Below are positions 26,354 to 35,499 of a stretch of DNA of 64,000 nt, piece by piece (within the stretch, counting starts at the first letter, position 1; each line of letters starts with the position of its first letter). Position numbers and translations under genes: made by a program. Under the pieces are notes generated by a model. It searched no databases and was not told where the DNA came from. It saw nothing but the letters and a program-made list of their open reading frames with translations. Source of the DNA: Deltaproteobacteria bacterium (GTDB lineage: Bacteria > Myxococcota_A > UBA9160 > SMWR01); assembly GCA_032128375.1 (NCBI GenBank), contig JAQBGU010000135.1, forward strand, positions 7,213-71,212, given 5' to 3'.

Positions 26354-27061
26354 GTGTGCGGAAGATTCTCATTGATCGCCAATCCGGACGAATTGGCCGA
26401 ACACTTCAAGATCGACTTCGAGCCCGGTCTCGAATTCGCGCCAACGTGGGAACCTCGATTCAACGTCGCTCCCAGTCAGCCGGTCAAAACGGTGTATGTG
26501 CCGGACACGTCGGCGCAGCGCGCGGTCGTGGAACGGCGCTGGGGCCTGATCCCGTCGTGGGCGAAAGATCCGAAAATCGGCAACCGGCAAATCAACGCGC
26601 GCTCTGAAACGCTGGCCGAAAAGCCGGCGTTTCGGCAAGCGCTCGAGCAGCGACGCTGCCTGGTCGCCGCGGATGGCTTCTACGAGTGGTCGGGGCCGCC
26701 GCGTTCCAAACAGCCCTACTACATTGCGCTGGACGACCAGGCAATCTTCGGCTTCGCGGGACTCTGGGAGCGCTGGCGCAACCCCGAAGGCCTCGAAGTG
26801 GAAAGCTGCACGGTGATCACTGCGGCAGCCAATTCGCTGCTTGGCGAGCTGCATTCGCGCATGCCGGTGATCTTGGATCCCGAGCAATACGAGGCGTGGT
26901 TGGATCCGTCGAGTCAGACCGCGGCCGAGTTGCTGGCGCTGCTCCGTTCGCATCGTTGCGACGCGCTGCGCTACTACCCGGTGAGCTATCGCGTCAACAA
27001 CGTCGCATACGATGATCCCGCTTGCCTCGAACCGGTCGAAGCCCAGCCGACGCTATTTTGA
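26354..27061 (+). CDS. SOS response-associated peptidase (SRAP/YedK family)
   Basis: A GTG at 26354 gives the obligatory N-terminus M-CGRFSL (catalytic Cys2). The family motifs follow: RFNVAPSQ, WGLIPSWAKD, NARSET, RRCLVAADGFYEW. Confidence 0.88.
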   Translation: MCGRFSLIANPDELAEHFKIDFEPGLEFAPTWEPRFNVAPSQPVKTVYVPDTSAQRAVVERRWGLIPSWAKDPKIGNRQINARSETLAEKPAFRQALEQRRCLVAADGFYEWSGPPRSKQPYYIALDDQAIFGFAGLWERWRNPEGLEVESCTVITAAANSLLGELHSRMPVILDPEQYEAWLDPSSQTAAELLALLRSHRCDALRYYPVSYRVNNVAYDDPACLEPVEAQPTLF

Positions 27062-27149
27062 CGAGCGTATCGAGGACCGTCTCGATTGCCGCTGCTGACG
27101 CGCGCGATGGTGGCGAGCGATTCCTCGAATCGACGGGGGGCGAAAATTC

Positions 27150-27419
27150 ATGGGAGACCAACGTGTGGGCAAGACCGCTGCGTTACCGCGCTGGGCCCCG
27201 GTAGTCCGGCGAGTATTGCTGGGTGCGATCGGTGTGCTGTTCGTCATCTCGATTCCGTGGTATCGCGATGGGACCGAGCAGTCACGATGGTTCGGACTTC
27301 CGGATTGGGTGACGGTCGCGCTGGTCTGCTATGCGGCCGTCGCGGTGCTGAACTCGGCGGCCTGGATACTCACCGATATCTCGGATGGTGAGGACGATCG
27401 GCCGGGCACCTCCCGATGA
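27150..27419 (+). CDS. small two-TM membrane protein (DUF3311-like) coupled to the symporter
   Basis: 89 aa with two hydrophobic helices and an IPWYRD...WFGLPDW pattern. Its stop overlaps the symporter ATG (ATGA at 27416..27419). Confidence 0.6.
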   Translation: MGDQRVGKTAALPRWAPVVRRVLLGAIGVLFVISIPWYRDGTEQSRWFGLPDWVTVALVCYAAVAVLNSAAWILTDISDGEDDRPGTSR

Positions 27420-28924
27420 GCTTCGGCGAAATGGGGGTCGCCGGCCTCATGGTGTACCTCATTGCGCTGAGCGGAATCGCGCTCGCAGCAGCGCGCGCGA
27501 GGCAGAGCGACGCTCCATCGGACCACTTCCTGGCCGGGCGCGATCTCGGTGTCTTTGTGCTGTTTATGACACTGTACGCGACCGCTTACAGCGGCAACTC
27601 GCTGCTGGGCTATCCGGGCGAAGCTTACCGGCGCGGTTTCTCGTGGATTATGGCGACCGGCTTCATGATGTCGATCGTCGTGGTATTTCACCTGTTGGTG
27701 CCGAAGTTGCGCCCGGTCGCCGTTCGCGAGAATTTTGTAACGCCCGGCGATTGGGTTCGCTTCCGGTTCCGCGGCGAGCCCGCATCACGCGCGTTGTTGA
27801 CGGGTGTTGCCGCGTTGATGAGCTTGGCGCTGGCGAATTTCCTGTTCGCGCAGCTCAAAGCAATGGGCGAAATGGCGGAGCAGGTGACAGGCGGCCTGAT
27901 TTCCTACGAGATTGGGATCGTCGTGCTGGCGGCCATGATCCTATTCTACGAGACGCTCGGTGGTATGCGCGCCGTTGCCTGGACCGATGCCTTGCAGGGC
28001 ATCTTGATGCTGGTCGGGCTGGCCGCGCTACTGAGTTGGCTATTGAACGCGTCGGGTGGCCTGGAGTCGCTGACGACGGGCATTCTCGAAGTTCGCCCCC
28101 ATGCTGGAGATGTTCCGGACGCCACCGAACTTGCGAATTGGTTCAGCACGATCCTGCTGCTGGGGCTGGCGAGCGTAATCTACCCACAGGCGATCCAGAG
28201 AATCTATGCGGCCCGAAGCGGAACCGTGCTGAAGCGCTCCTTCGCGTTGATGACCTTCATGCCGCTGACCACGACGTTGGTCGTAACGCTGATCGGTCTG
28301 GCCGCGATCACCCGTCTGCAAGGGCTGGGAACGCTAGAGGCGGACCGGGTGATGCCACTGTTGCTGGGCCAGTGGGCCAGCTCGGGCGGGGTTGGGGCGA
28401 TCGCTGCAATGGTGGTTTTTCTGGGCGCCCTCGCCGCAATCATGTCGACAGCGGACTCGGTCCTACTCTCGCTCGGGTCGATAGCGGCGGAGGATCTGGT
28501 CGGGAAGGCGCACGATGACCCCGATGCGACACGATTGGGTAAGCGCATCGCCACGGCCTCAATCGTCGCAATCGCAGGCTTGGCCATGCTGGCGCGCGAT
28601 ATCACGCTTTGGGGCCTGATCGAATTGAAGATGGAGCTGTTGATTCAGTGCGTGCCAGTGTTTCTGATTGCGATCCACTGGCCGCGGCTCCGCGCGCGCC
28701 CGGCTCTTATCGGTCTGGTCGTCGGGACGATCATCGCGGTCACCGGTGTGTTCCTGGGCTCGAAGCGGATCGGAGGAGTGCACATCGGAGTGATCGGCTT
28801 GACGGTCAATGCGTTGATTGCGTGTACCGGGTCGCTCGGCAAAGGACCCCCCAACGAACCCCGATCCGTCGAAAGTCGGACAGCGGAGGAGGCCGTCTCT
28901 GGCCAGCTCCGTGCTCCCCGCTGA
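27416..28924 (+). CDS. sodium:solute symporter (SSS) family transporter
   Basis: 502 aa, polytopic. The N-terminal region DHFLAGRDLGVFVLFMTLYATAYSGNSLLGYPGEAY is typical of the SSS family. Confidence 0.88.
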   Translation: MSFGEMGVAGLMVYLIALSGIALAAARARQSDAPSDHFLAGRDLGVFVLFMTLYATAYSGNSLLGYPGEAYRRGFSWIMATGFMMSIVVVFHLLVPKLRPVAVRENFVTPGDWVRFRFRGEPASRALLTGVAALMSLALANFLFAQLKAMGEMAEQVTGGLISYEIGIVVLAAMILFYETLGGMRAVAWTDALQGILMLVGLAALLSWLLNASGGLESLTTGILEVRPHAGDVPDATELANWFSTILLLGLASVIYPQAIQRIYAARSGTVLKRSFALMTFMPLTTTLVVTLIGLAAITRLQGLGTLEADRVMPLLLGQWASSGGVGAIAAMVVFLGALAAIMSTADSVLLSLGSIAAEDLVGKAHDDPDATRLGKRIATASIVAIAGLAMLARDITLWGLIELKMELLIQCVPVFLIAIHWPRLRARPALIGLVVGTIIAVTGVFLGSKRIGGVHIGVIGLTVNALIACTGSLGKGPPNEPRSVESRTAEEAVSGQLRAPR

Positions 28925-28955
28925 TCCCAAGTTTCGGATCAGGGGGCAGCGCACT

Positions 28956-31154
28956 TCAACGTGTCTGTGGCGCCGGCAAATCGACGTACGCGCGGCCGGC
29001 GCGATAGTCCTCGAGGCGGCGCCGAATATCCTCGGCCAGATTCGCGTTCTGGTCGCTATCGGCGCTGATTGCGGCTTGCTCAGCAACCCGTGTCGCCTGT
29101 TCGAAATGCCCAGCGGTGGCGTGTGCGGCCGCCAACGTGTCCAGCAGATCCGCGCTGCGAACCTCGTGCGAAAGAGATTCCATAGCGAGCGCCAACGCCT
29201 CCTCGCCGTCCGCTCGGGTGGCACCGGGTCGCGTTGCGAGTAGCCAAGCCAGGTTATTGGATACCGGGTGCCAACCCGGTGAGAGCTCTAGCGCGATTCG
29301 ATAGTGCTCGATGGCTTCGCTCACCCGCCCGAGTTCGCTTGTCGCCTGTCCCAGCCCGAATTCAACCTCGATCGTATTCAATCCATTTCGCTGCGCGTCG
29401 GTCAGAAAGGTGAGCGCGCGCGCCGGTTCATTCATGCGCAACAGCACAAACCCGAGGTTGGCCGCAGCCTCCGCCCAGGCGGGCCGTGCGGCCAGCGCCA
29501 TCTCATACTCCGACACGGCTTGCTCTAGAGCTCCGGTTTGAGCCAGCGCTTGCCCCAGCAGCCCGTGCAGATGTGCGAACCCCACGTTTCGCTGCGCGCG
29601 TTGCGCCAGTCGCAGATGCTCGACGGCTTCCGCGCCGCGGTTGAGATCGATGAGTGCCGAGGCCAGGTTCGCGTGGGCGCGCGGGTGATTGGGCGCCAGG
29701 CGCAGCGCGGCCTGGTAATGGCCGATTGCCGCCTCGGGCTCATGGCGCGTCAGGAGCAAGTCGCCAAGCGTCACCCTGGGATCGGGCCAGCGGGGCTTGA
29801 TTCGAATCGCTTCGCGCACGTGGGCTTCCGCTGCGTCGAGATCGCCGGATTCGATCAGCTCCACGGCAAGACCGTTTTCGGCCAAGAAATTCTCTTGGGT
29901 GACAGCGATCGCCCGTTCATACAGCGCGAGCGAATCTCGCCAGTGCGCCAGCTGCGACCGCGTCGCGAAACTGAGCGAGATGATCGCAAGCAGCCCCGAA
30001 GCGATTCCGAGCCATCTCGGCAAGGGTGTCCACGCGACCATCATCGCGACCCCGATCAGGGGGAGATACATGTAGCGGTCAGCGCGTGCTTGCATGCCCG
30101 CTTGAACCACGCCGATCACGGGTACTAGCGTGATTGCGAACCACAACGAACCAACGAGTAGCTGCGGCCGCGAAGTTGCCAATCGAATGGCAACGCTGAA
30201 CGAGACCACCGACAACACCGCACCGACCCACCACTGGCTGGGTACTGCGAGCAGATGCGGATAAAAGACCGCGAGGTCGGTCGGCCAAAAACTCGCGAAC
30301 GCATACCAGCGATAGGAGTCGAGAGCAGTCGTCAGGCGCACCACCAGCGGCAGCAGGTCGCCGTGACTCATTGCGCCACTCTCGCGCTGAACCGCGAGTG
30401 TGACGACACTCGCTGCAACGGCGAGTGCGATCAGCGGAAGTTTATCGAGTACCGCGTCCATCAACGCCGCGCTTTCTGGCCGGCCGAGGCTCCCGTCCCG
30501 ACGCAGTCTGCGCGCCGGCCAATAGTCGAGTAGAAAGAGCGCGAGCGGCAGGGTTACGACCACGGGCTTGGCGAGCAGGCCCAGAGCAAAGCACACCAGC
30601 AGCGCGACATACCGCAGGCGCCTACCACCACCCGGTGGAGCGCGCAGATAACTCGCGTATGCCCACATCGATAGCATCCAGAACAAGCCGCTCAACGTGT
30701 CCTTGCGCTCGGTCGCCCACGCCACCGATTCGACATGCAGTGGATGAACCGCGAAGACCAGCGCAACGAACGCGCTCGGACCGCGGGTGCCACTGAGTCG
30801 AGTGAGCGCGAGAAACAGCACGGCGCTGCTCACCGCATGCAGTCCGACATTGGTCAGATGGTGGCCGGTGGGTTCGAATCCGTAGCACAGGACATCGAGA
30901 TGGAGCGAAAGCCACGTCAACGGAATCCAGTTGGCCTCATACGGTGTCGAGAACGCCTGCCACACCCGCTCCCAATCGAGCGCGCTGCGTAGCTGCGGAT
31001 TCTCGACGATGTAGATGAGGTCGTCGTAGCTGACGAACGCGTGGTGTCGGACTGGCCAGTACAAGACCAGCGGCAACAGCGCGACGGCCATTGCAAGCAG
31101 CAGGTCGCGGTACGAGAGGCTGGCTGAATCAAAGCAGTCGGCGTGTGATGTCAC
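28956..31154 (-). CDS. TPR-repeat membrane protein, PMT/TMTC-like (N-terminal GT-C-like membrane domain plus C-terminal TPR array)
   Basis: The N-terminus reads LYWPVRHHAFVSYDDLIYIVENPQLRS, followed by about 10 TM segments. The C-terminal TPR repeats include AIGHYQAALRLAPNHPRAHANLASALIDL. A GTG at 31154 overlaps the upstream gene's stop (GTGA); the tracked 812-aa ORF is over-extended. Confidence 0.75.
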   Translation of the reverse strand: MTSHADCFDSASLSYRDLLLAMAVALLPLVLYWPVRHHAFVSYDDLIYIVENPQLRSALDWERVWQAFSTPYEANWIPLTWLSLHLDVLCYGFEPTGHHLTNVGLHAVSSAVLFLALTRLSGTRGPSAFVALVFAVHPLHVESVAWATERKDTLSGLFWMLSMWAYASYLRAPPGGGRRLRYVALLVCFALGLLAKPVVVTLPLALFLLDYWPARRLRRDGSLGRPESAALMDAVLDKLPLIALAVAASVVTLAVQRESGAMSHGDLLPLVVRLTTALDSYRWYAFASFWPTDLAVFYPHLLAVPSQWWVGAVLSVVSFSVAIRLATSRPQLLVGSLWFAITLVPVIGVVQAGMQARADRYMYLPLIGVAMMVAWTPLPRWLGIASGLLAIISLSFATRSQLAHWRDSLALYERAIAVTQENFLAENGLAVELIESGDLDAAEAHVREAIRIKPRWPDPRVTLGDLLLTRHEPEAAIGHYQAALRLAPNHPRAHANLASALIDLNRGAEAVEHLRLAQRAQRNVGFAHLHGLLGQALAQTGALEQAVSEYEMALAARPAWAEAAANLGFVLLRMNEPARALTFLTDAQRNGLNTIEVEFGLGQATSELGRVSEAIEHYRIALELSPGWHPVSNNLAWLLATRPGATRADGEEALALAMESLSHEVRSADLLDTLAAAHATAGHFEQATRVAEQAAISADSDQNANLAEDIRRRLEDYRAGRAYVDLPAPQTR

Positions 31155-32587
31155 TCCGCTTCCGATTGGCCGTCTGCGCCTGTGGCGCTGTCTTGTGCCT
31201 TCTCCTCCAGATAGCCGAGCGCGTGGAGTTGTTGCTGTTCGTCCCTGGAGAGCCGTTGGCGCAGTTCCGGGTGTCCAGGCTGCAGATTGTTTCGAAACCA
31301 CTCGAGTTTGGCGCGCAGTCTGTCGTGGATATCCGGTGCATCGAAGCGGCGCTCGGGGCCGTCGGGCGGGAGATGGTAGAGCTCGGTCTTCCACTGGGAA
31401 CCGACTCGCGTCAGTACGAGTTTATTCGGGCCCTCGACAATTCCGAAGCGTTTCCCCGTTCCGGAATCGAGTGTTGTCAGGTAGGGCTCGCTGGGTTGCC
31501 GCTGTTCCCTCGGAAGCATCAGGTCGCGGCCATCCGCATCGCTGGGCGCACCGATCGTCAGACCCAGTAGTGTCGGGTACAAATCGATCAGACTCGCGAT
31601 ATCCAAGCGAATTTCAGGTTCGACACCGGGCGCGCGAATCGCCAATGGGACCCGGACGAGCGGGTCAGAGAGGCGCTCGCCGTGCGCGAACCAATAGTTC
31701 TGCTCGCCGAGCGACTCACCGTGGTCCGCGGTAAACACGACCACGCAATTCTGTTTCGAGTAGTGCTCCTCCAGGGCTGTCAACAACCGGCCGACCTCCT
31801 CATCGAGGTATGCGATCTCACCGTCGTAGCCCGCACGATAGAATGCGACGCCGCGCGCGTCGCCGATTTGCTGATACCTGGGCAGCAACCCGCGACCGCC
31901 GCGACCGGTCCGTTCGGGGAGAACGCGGTCGCCATCAGGCGCAGTGCGCTCTACGGCGAGAAAACGCTCGCGATAGCCGTCCGGGGGTGTGTAGGGGCCG
32001 TGCGGGTCCTGATAGTGAACCCACAAAAAGGATCGGACGCTGGGATCCTTGAACCATCCGTCCATCACCGCGATCGCCGCATCTGTGGTGCTCGAGGCGA
32101 TCCGTTCGGGCCAGTGTCGCGTGACTTCGGTCTGGGGGAGAGCATCGTCGTAGTGGTCGAAACCGACGGCGAGGCCCGAATTGCGACGCAGTACGAAATT
32201 GCTGACCACGGCGGCTGTCCGCCAACCGTTGTCGTGGAGCACAGAAGCCAAAGTGGGAATCGTGGACCGTAAGGCGGAGCGATTGCTGACGATTCCGAGT
32301 TCTTCGGGATACTTCCCCGTCATCAACGAACTGACCGAAGGCAGTGTGTACGGCGCCGGCGCATACACGCGGCTGAAATACTGGCCTTCGGCGGCCAGCG
32401 CATCGATGTGGGGGGTGAGTCCCAGTGTGCTGCCGCCCGCACCGATGCGGTCGGCACGCAGCGTGTCCACGGTGATCAGGATCAACACGCGAGGCGCGGG
32501 GGAACCGAACCCACAGCAGAACGAAACGATTGAGAGCGCCACGCAAACGGCGGCGCACAGTGTCTGAAGTTCGGGCCGGCGTCGCAT
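31151..32587 (-). CDS. sulfatase-fold (alkaline phosphatase superfamily) protein with Thr at the nucleophile position
   Basis: LILITVDTLRADRIG matches the metal-binding N-terminal motif. At the sulfatase signature position the sequence is PYTLPSVSSLMTG instead of C/S-x-P-x-R. The start is set at MRRRPELQTLCAAVCVALSIV (ATG 32587). Confidence 0.8.
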   Translation of the reverse strand: MRRRPELQTLCAAVCVALSIVSFCCGFGSPAPRVLILITVDTLRADRIGAGGSTLGLTPHIDALAAEGQYFSRVYAPAPYTLPSVSSLMTGKYPEELGIVSNRSALRSTIPTLASVLHDNGWRTAAVVSNFVLRRNSGLAVGFDHYDDALPQTEVTRHWPERIASSTTDAAIAVMDGWFKDPSVRSFLWVHYQDPHGPYTPPDGYRERFLAVERTAPDGDRVLPERTGRGGRGLLPRYQQIGDARGVAFYRAGYDGEIAYLDEEVGRLLTALEEHYSKQNCVVVFTADHGESLGEQNYWFAHGERLSDPLVRVPLAIRAPGVEPEIRLDIASLIDLYPTLLGLTIGAPSDADGRDLMLPREQRQPSEPYLTTLDSGTGKRFGIVEGPNKLVLTRVGSQWKTELYHLPPDGPERRFDAPDIHDRLRAKLEWFRNNLQPGHPELRQRLSRDEQQQLHALGYLEEKAQDSATGADGQSEAE

Positions 32588-32826
32588 CACGGGTCGGAAA
32601 GCAGCGTAGCACGAGGGGACGAGACCGAAGCCGGATAGCGGAGGACTGAGAATGGTTGGTCGAAATCCCGGCGCGCGAGCCGGGCCCGTTCCCGGCCCGA
32701 GGGTTCGGGTGTGTTCGTGGGTTCGGCACAGCCACTGGTAAAAGTCGGGTCGCGGGGTTCGGTCTTGGGTTCTGCTGCTAAGCTCCGTCCGGCGCGCATG
32801 GTTGTTATCAATATGAAGGGGACCTG

Positions 32827-33615
32827 ATGGCTCAATCGATAACTCGTTCGTCCCGACTGGCTGTGACCACGCTGATGGTCGCATTGCTCGGGACCGGATG
32901 CACGGTGATCGAGGACGGCGAGGTGGGGGTATCGAAGAGCTTTGGCGCGATTTCCGATACGCCGGTCGGACAGGGCATCGTGATTCAGGTCCCGGTGGTT
33001 CGCACGGTCGAGACCTGGAACGTGAAGCTGCAGGAACTGAAGGAGACCGCGCAGGTGCCGTCTTCTGAGGGCCTGATCGTCGGTCTCGATACGTCGCTGC
33101 TGTTTCGGGTTACGCCCGATAGAGCGCCCCAGATCCGCAAGACCATCGGGATCAACTATGTCGAGGGCTTGATTCGGCCGTACTTTCGCAGCGCGCTGCG
33201 CGATACCGTCAGTGGATACCCGGTCAAGACGGTGTATACCGAAGCGGGCCGCAAGGAGATCGCAGCCAGTATCAAGAATTTTCTGATGGACAGCATGGCC
33301 AAGGAAGGCATCACCATCGTCGATGTGCTGCTGCGCGACGTCAAGCTTCCCACGCGCTTCAAGGAGAGTATCGAGGCGAAGCTGACCGCAGAGCAACGCG
33401 TCCAGCAGAAGCAGTTCGAACTCGAACAGGCCGTGAAGGATGCCGAGATCGAAGTGGCACGCGCGAAGGGTGCGGCGCAGGCCCAGGAGATCGTTCGGTC
33501 GACTCTATCGGATTCTTATCTGCAGTATCTGTGGATCAAGACGCTGAACGAGAATCCGAATGTCATCTACGTCGCGACCGAGGCCAACCTGCCGCTGTTC
33601 AAGCAGTCGAAATAG
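32827..33615 (+). CDS. SPFH/band-7 (prohibitin-like) domain lipoprotein
   Basis: Lipobox LLGTGC, then EDGEVGVSKSFGAI ... VETWNVKLQE ... SSEGL.VGLDTSLLFRV and a C-terminal coiled coil. Confidence 0.85.
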   Translation: MAQSITRSSRLAVTTLMVALLGTGCTVIEDGEVGVSKSFGAISDTPVGQGIVIQVPVVRTVETWNVKLQELKETAQVPSSEGLIVGLDTSLLFRVTPDRAPQIRKTIGINYVEGLIRPYFRSALRDTVSGYPVKTVYTEAGRKEIAASIKNFLMDSMAKEGITIVDVLLRDVKLPTRFKESIEAKLTAEQRVQQKQFELEQAVKDAEIEVARAKGAAQAQEIVRSTLSDSYLQYLWIKTLNENPNVIYVATEANLPLFKQSK

Positions 33616-33818
33616 CCGTCAACGCGGGGTGAACAGGAAAAGGCCCGCCCCGGGCTCTGGGCAACGAGGCTCGCGGTAAGAACAGCCGACGCGAACCCTA
33701 GTGGCACATCCGGAAAGTTCTGGTACATGCTGACAAAGGGATCACCGTCGCGTTGTCCGACGGAGAAGAGCGTTCTGTCGGCTTCAATCATGGGTACCGA
33801 AACTTGGCGGGTGTTGCA

Positions 33819-35198
33819 CTAGTCCCGTCGGCGCATCAGATAGAGAACCCGGTCCGACCCCGGAATCGGCGTTCGATCCTCGGTTTCGAAACGGCGAGCG
33901 AATGCGGCTTCGAAATCCTGTGGGGTGTAGTTGTCGAACACGTCGGTTCGGTTCGCGAGCAGCAGCTGTGCCTTCGGGTCACTCTTGGGCACGAACTCGA
34001 TGATCAGCCGGCCGGACAGACGCGCGAACCAATCGGCGACGCGGCTCAGCGGCACGTTGTTCGAAATGGCCAGGTGGTGAATCAACGCGAGAGCCATGAC
34101 CAGGTCCGCTGGACCCCGATCGACGAGCGACGCGCGCTCCTCGTGTGCCCAGCCGAGGCTCGGGCTGGGATTCGAAAGGTCGAGTAGTAGCGGCAGCAAA
34201 CGCGTCTCACGTTCACGTCGCATCTTGCGATAATTGCGGTCGACACACGCAGGGTCGACATCGAACGCCAGCGTCAGCATTCCGCGCTGGGCCGCGAGCC
34301 GGCTGTATTCGCCGGTATTCGCGCCCAGGTCCCACACACTCGCCGGCTGTGCGCGATCGAGGTAAGTCGCGACGATCTGGTGCTTCTGCTCTTCGGCCGC
34401 TTCGGAATAGCTATCGCCTTCGTAGTAGTCGGCCCATTCGGTTCCCGCGGCATCCCAGCGGAGCTTTTCGACGGCTGTCTCGAGCGCTGTCAGCAGGTTC
34501 GCCAGTGATTTCTTCGGAACGGGTCGAACCGTCACTTTCTCGGTCGCTGTCTGGTAGCGATTCTGGTAGCCCGCGTGCATTCGGATGTGCATGAATAAGT
34601 GGATATTGAGCCAGGCACGCCGGGGCAGCAGCGTACGCGCGAGATCGAGCGGTATGCCGTCGAGGTTCACACGCAGCAATTTCGCGAGCCGAATGTCGCA
34701 ATAAGACATCAGCGCCAGCGGCGCCAGAAAATGTTGGCAGAACTGGCGGTATCCGACCCAGGGAGTATCTGGCTGGTAGATTTCGAACGACAACGTATCG
34801 ATGAACACGGGTGCGCCGCGGTGGAACTGGACATTGTAGGCACTAGCGTCCTTCAGCGTCATTCCGAACCGAAGAGCCGCGTGTTGGATCTGTAGTGTCA
34901 GCAGTGCCGCCGCTCGGAGTTGGCTGAACGACCACTCGTACGGGTAGGACACGAAGTCCACCCGTTCGGGTTTCAAGGTGAGGTAGTCGTCGAGCTCGAC
35001 GTCCGGTTCCGGCTCGTCGACGCTCTGGTGCGGAATCAACAGCCTGCGTTCGACCAACTCATCGTACAGCCCTGATTTCATCAGGCATTCGTAATCGTCG
35101 GCGTAGCTGCGCCGGACTCGCCGGAACAACTCACCGTCGCGCTCGAACAGATACCCGCTGGGATCGCGAAAGGACGCGCCCAGGGAGCGTTCATTCAT
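33819..35198 (-). CDS. SAM-dependent methyltransferase (NoeA-like family)
   Basis: The N-terminus is FRDPSGYLFERDGELFRRV, and the C-terminal half carries VWDLGANTGEYSRLAAQRGMLTLAFDVDP (motif I). Confidence 0.75.
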   Translation of the reverse strand: MNERSLGASFRDPSGYLFERDGELFRRVRRSYADDYECLMKSGLYDELVERRLLIPHQSVDEPEPDVELDDYLTLKPERVDFVSYPYEWSFSQLRAAALLTLQIQHAALRFGMTLKDASAYNVQFHRGAPVFIDTLSFEIYQPDTPWVGYRQFCQHFLAPLALMSYCDIRLAKLLRVNLDGIPLDLARTLLPRRAWLNIHLFMHIRMHAGYQNRYQTATEKVTVRPVPKKSLANLLTALETAVEKLRWDAAGTEWADYYEGDSYSEAAEEQKHQIVATYLDRAQPASVWDLGANTGEYSRLAAQRGMLTLAFDVDPACVDRNYRKMRRERETRLLPLLLDLSNPSPSLGWAHEERASLVDRGPADLVMALALIHHLAISNNVPLSRVADWFARLSGRLIIEFVPKSDPKAQLLLANRTDVFDNYTPQDFEAAFARRFETEDRTPIPGSDRVLYLMRRRD

Positions 35199-35436
35199 CG
35201 CGCGATTCGGGGCCCGCCGGCGGCGTCTCGGAATCGTCTGGCTTGGCTCCGAATCCGAACAGCGTCTTGATCTTGTTCCAATAGATATTCACGGTGACGA
35301 TGATTCCCGCCATGGCCGCCACCAATGCCTGCAGCAGGAAGCTGCCTGCACCGGGATCGACGTACGAAAGCAGCGGCCCGTGAACAAACGACGCGGGCTC
35401 CAGCGTCATCAGGGTCGTGGACACCCACCCAATCAT
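35191..35436 (-). CDS. small membrane protein (81 aa)
   Basis: MIGWVSTTLMTLEPASFVHGPLLSYVDPGAGSFLLQALVAAMAGIIVTVNIYWNKIK... lies behind a GGAGG RBS. Its stop overlaps the downstream methyltransferase start by 8 nt (ATGAATGA). The tracked 258-aa ORF upstream part is Arg/Ser-rich and overlaps the opposite-strand gene. Confidence 0.5.
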   Translation of the reverse strand: MIGWVSTTLMTLEPASFVHGPLLSYVDPGAGSFLLQALVAAMAGIIVTVNIYWNKIKTLFGFGAKPDDSETPPAGPESRDE

Positions 35437-35450
35437 CGTGCGCCTCCATA

Positions 35451-35499
35451 TGCCTTGCAGGACTGGAATGCCTGACTGGAATGCCGGACTGGAACGCCG
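35451..35499. repeat. tandem repeat, 13-bp unit GACTGGAATGCC(T/G) x about 3.5
   Basis: Read directly: units at 35461, 35474 and 35487, plus a partial unit before them. It lies 15-63 nt upstream of the minus-strand start at 35436. Confidence 0.9.

Noticed and set aside
30871-30881. GGTTCGAATCC, a tRNA T-loop-like string.
   Set aside because: The flanking bases (GTGGG / CCGTA) cannot form a T-stem, no acceptor or anticodon arms are present, and it lies inside the TPR/PMT-like coding sequence.
32647-32760. Pieces reminiscent of a cobalamin riboswitch (GAGAATGGTTGGTCGAAATCC...CGCGCGAGCC ... CAGCCACTGGTAAAAGTC) in the sulfatase/SPFH divergent spacer.
   Set aside because: There is no convincing B12 box (…AGYCMGGAGACCKGCC…). 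The spacing is atypical, and neither flanking gene (SPFH lipoprotein, sulfatase-fold protein) belongs to the usual cobalamin regulon. It would need cmsearch with RF00174 to be revived.
33640-33700. The minus-strand ACTAGGGTTCGCG ... GAGCCCGGGGCG resembles the start and end of a ykkC/guanidine-I riboswitch.
   Set aside because: The central conserved GGUCCGAGAG and ACGGCGGGA elements are missing. No minus-strand gene follows, because the region runs antisense into the SPFH gene.
33567-33791. 74-aa minus-strand ORF (MIEADRTLFSVGQRDGDPFVSMYQNFPDVPL...) just downstream of the methyltransferase gene.
   Set aside because: It has no RBS, overlaps the 3' end of the SPFH gene by 49 nt, and shows no recognisable family. 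It is kept only as a very weak possibility.
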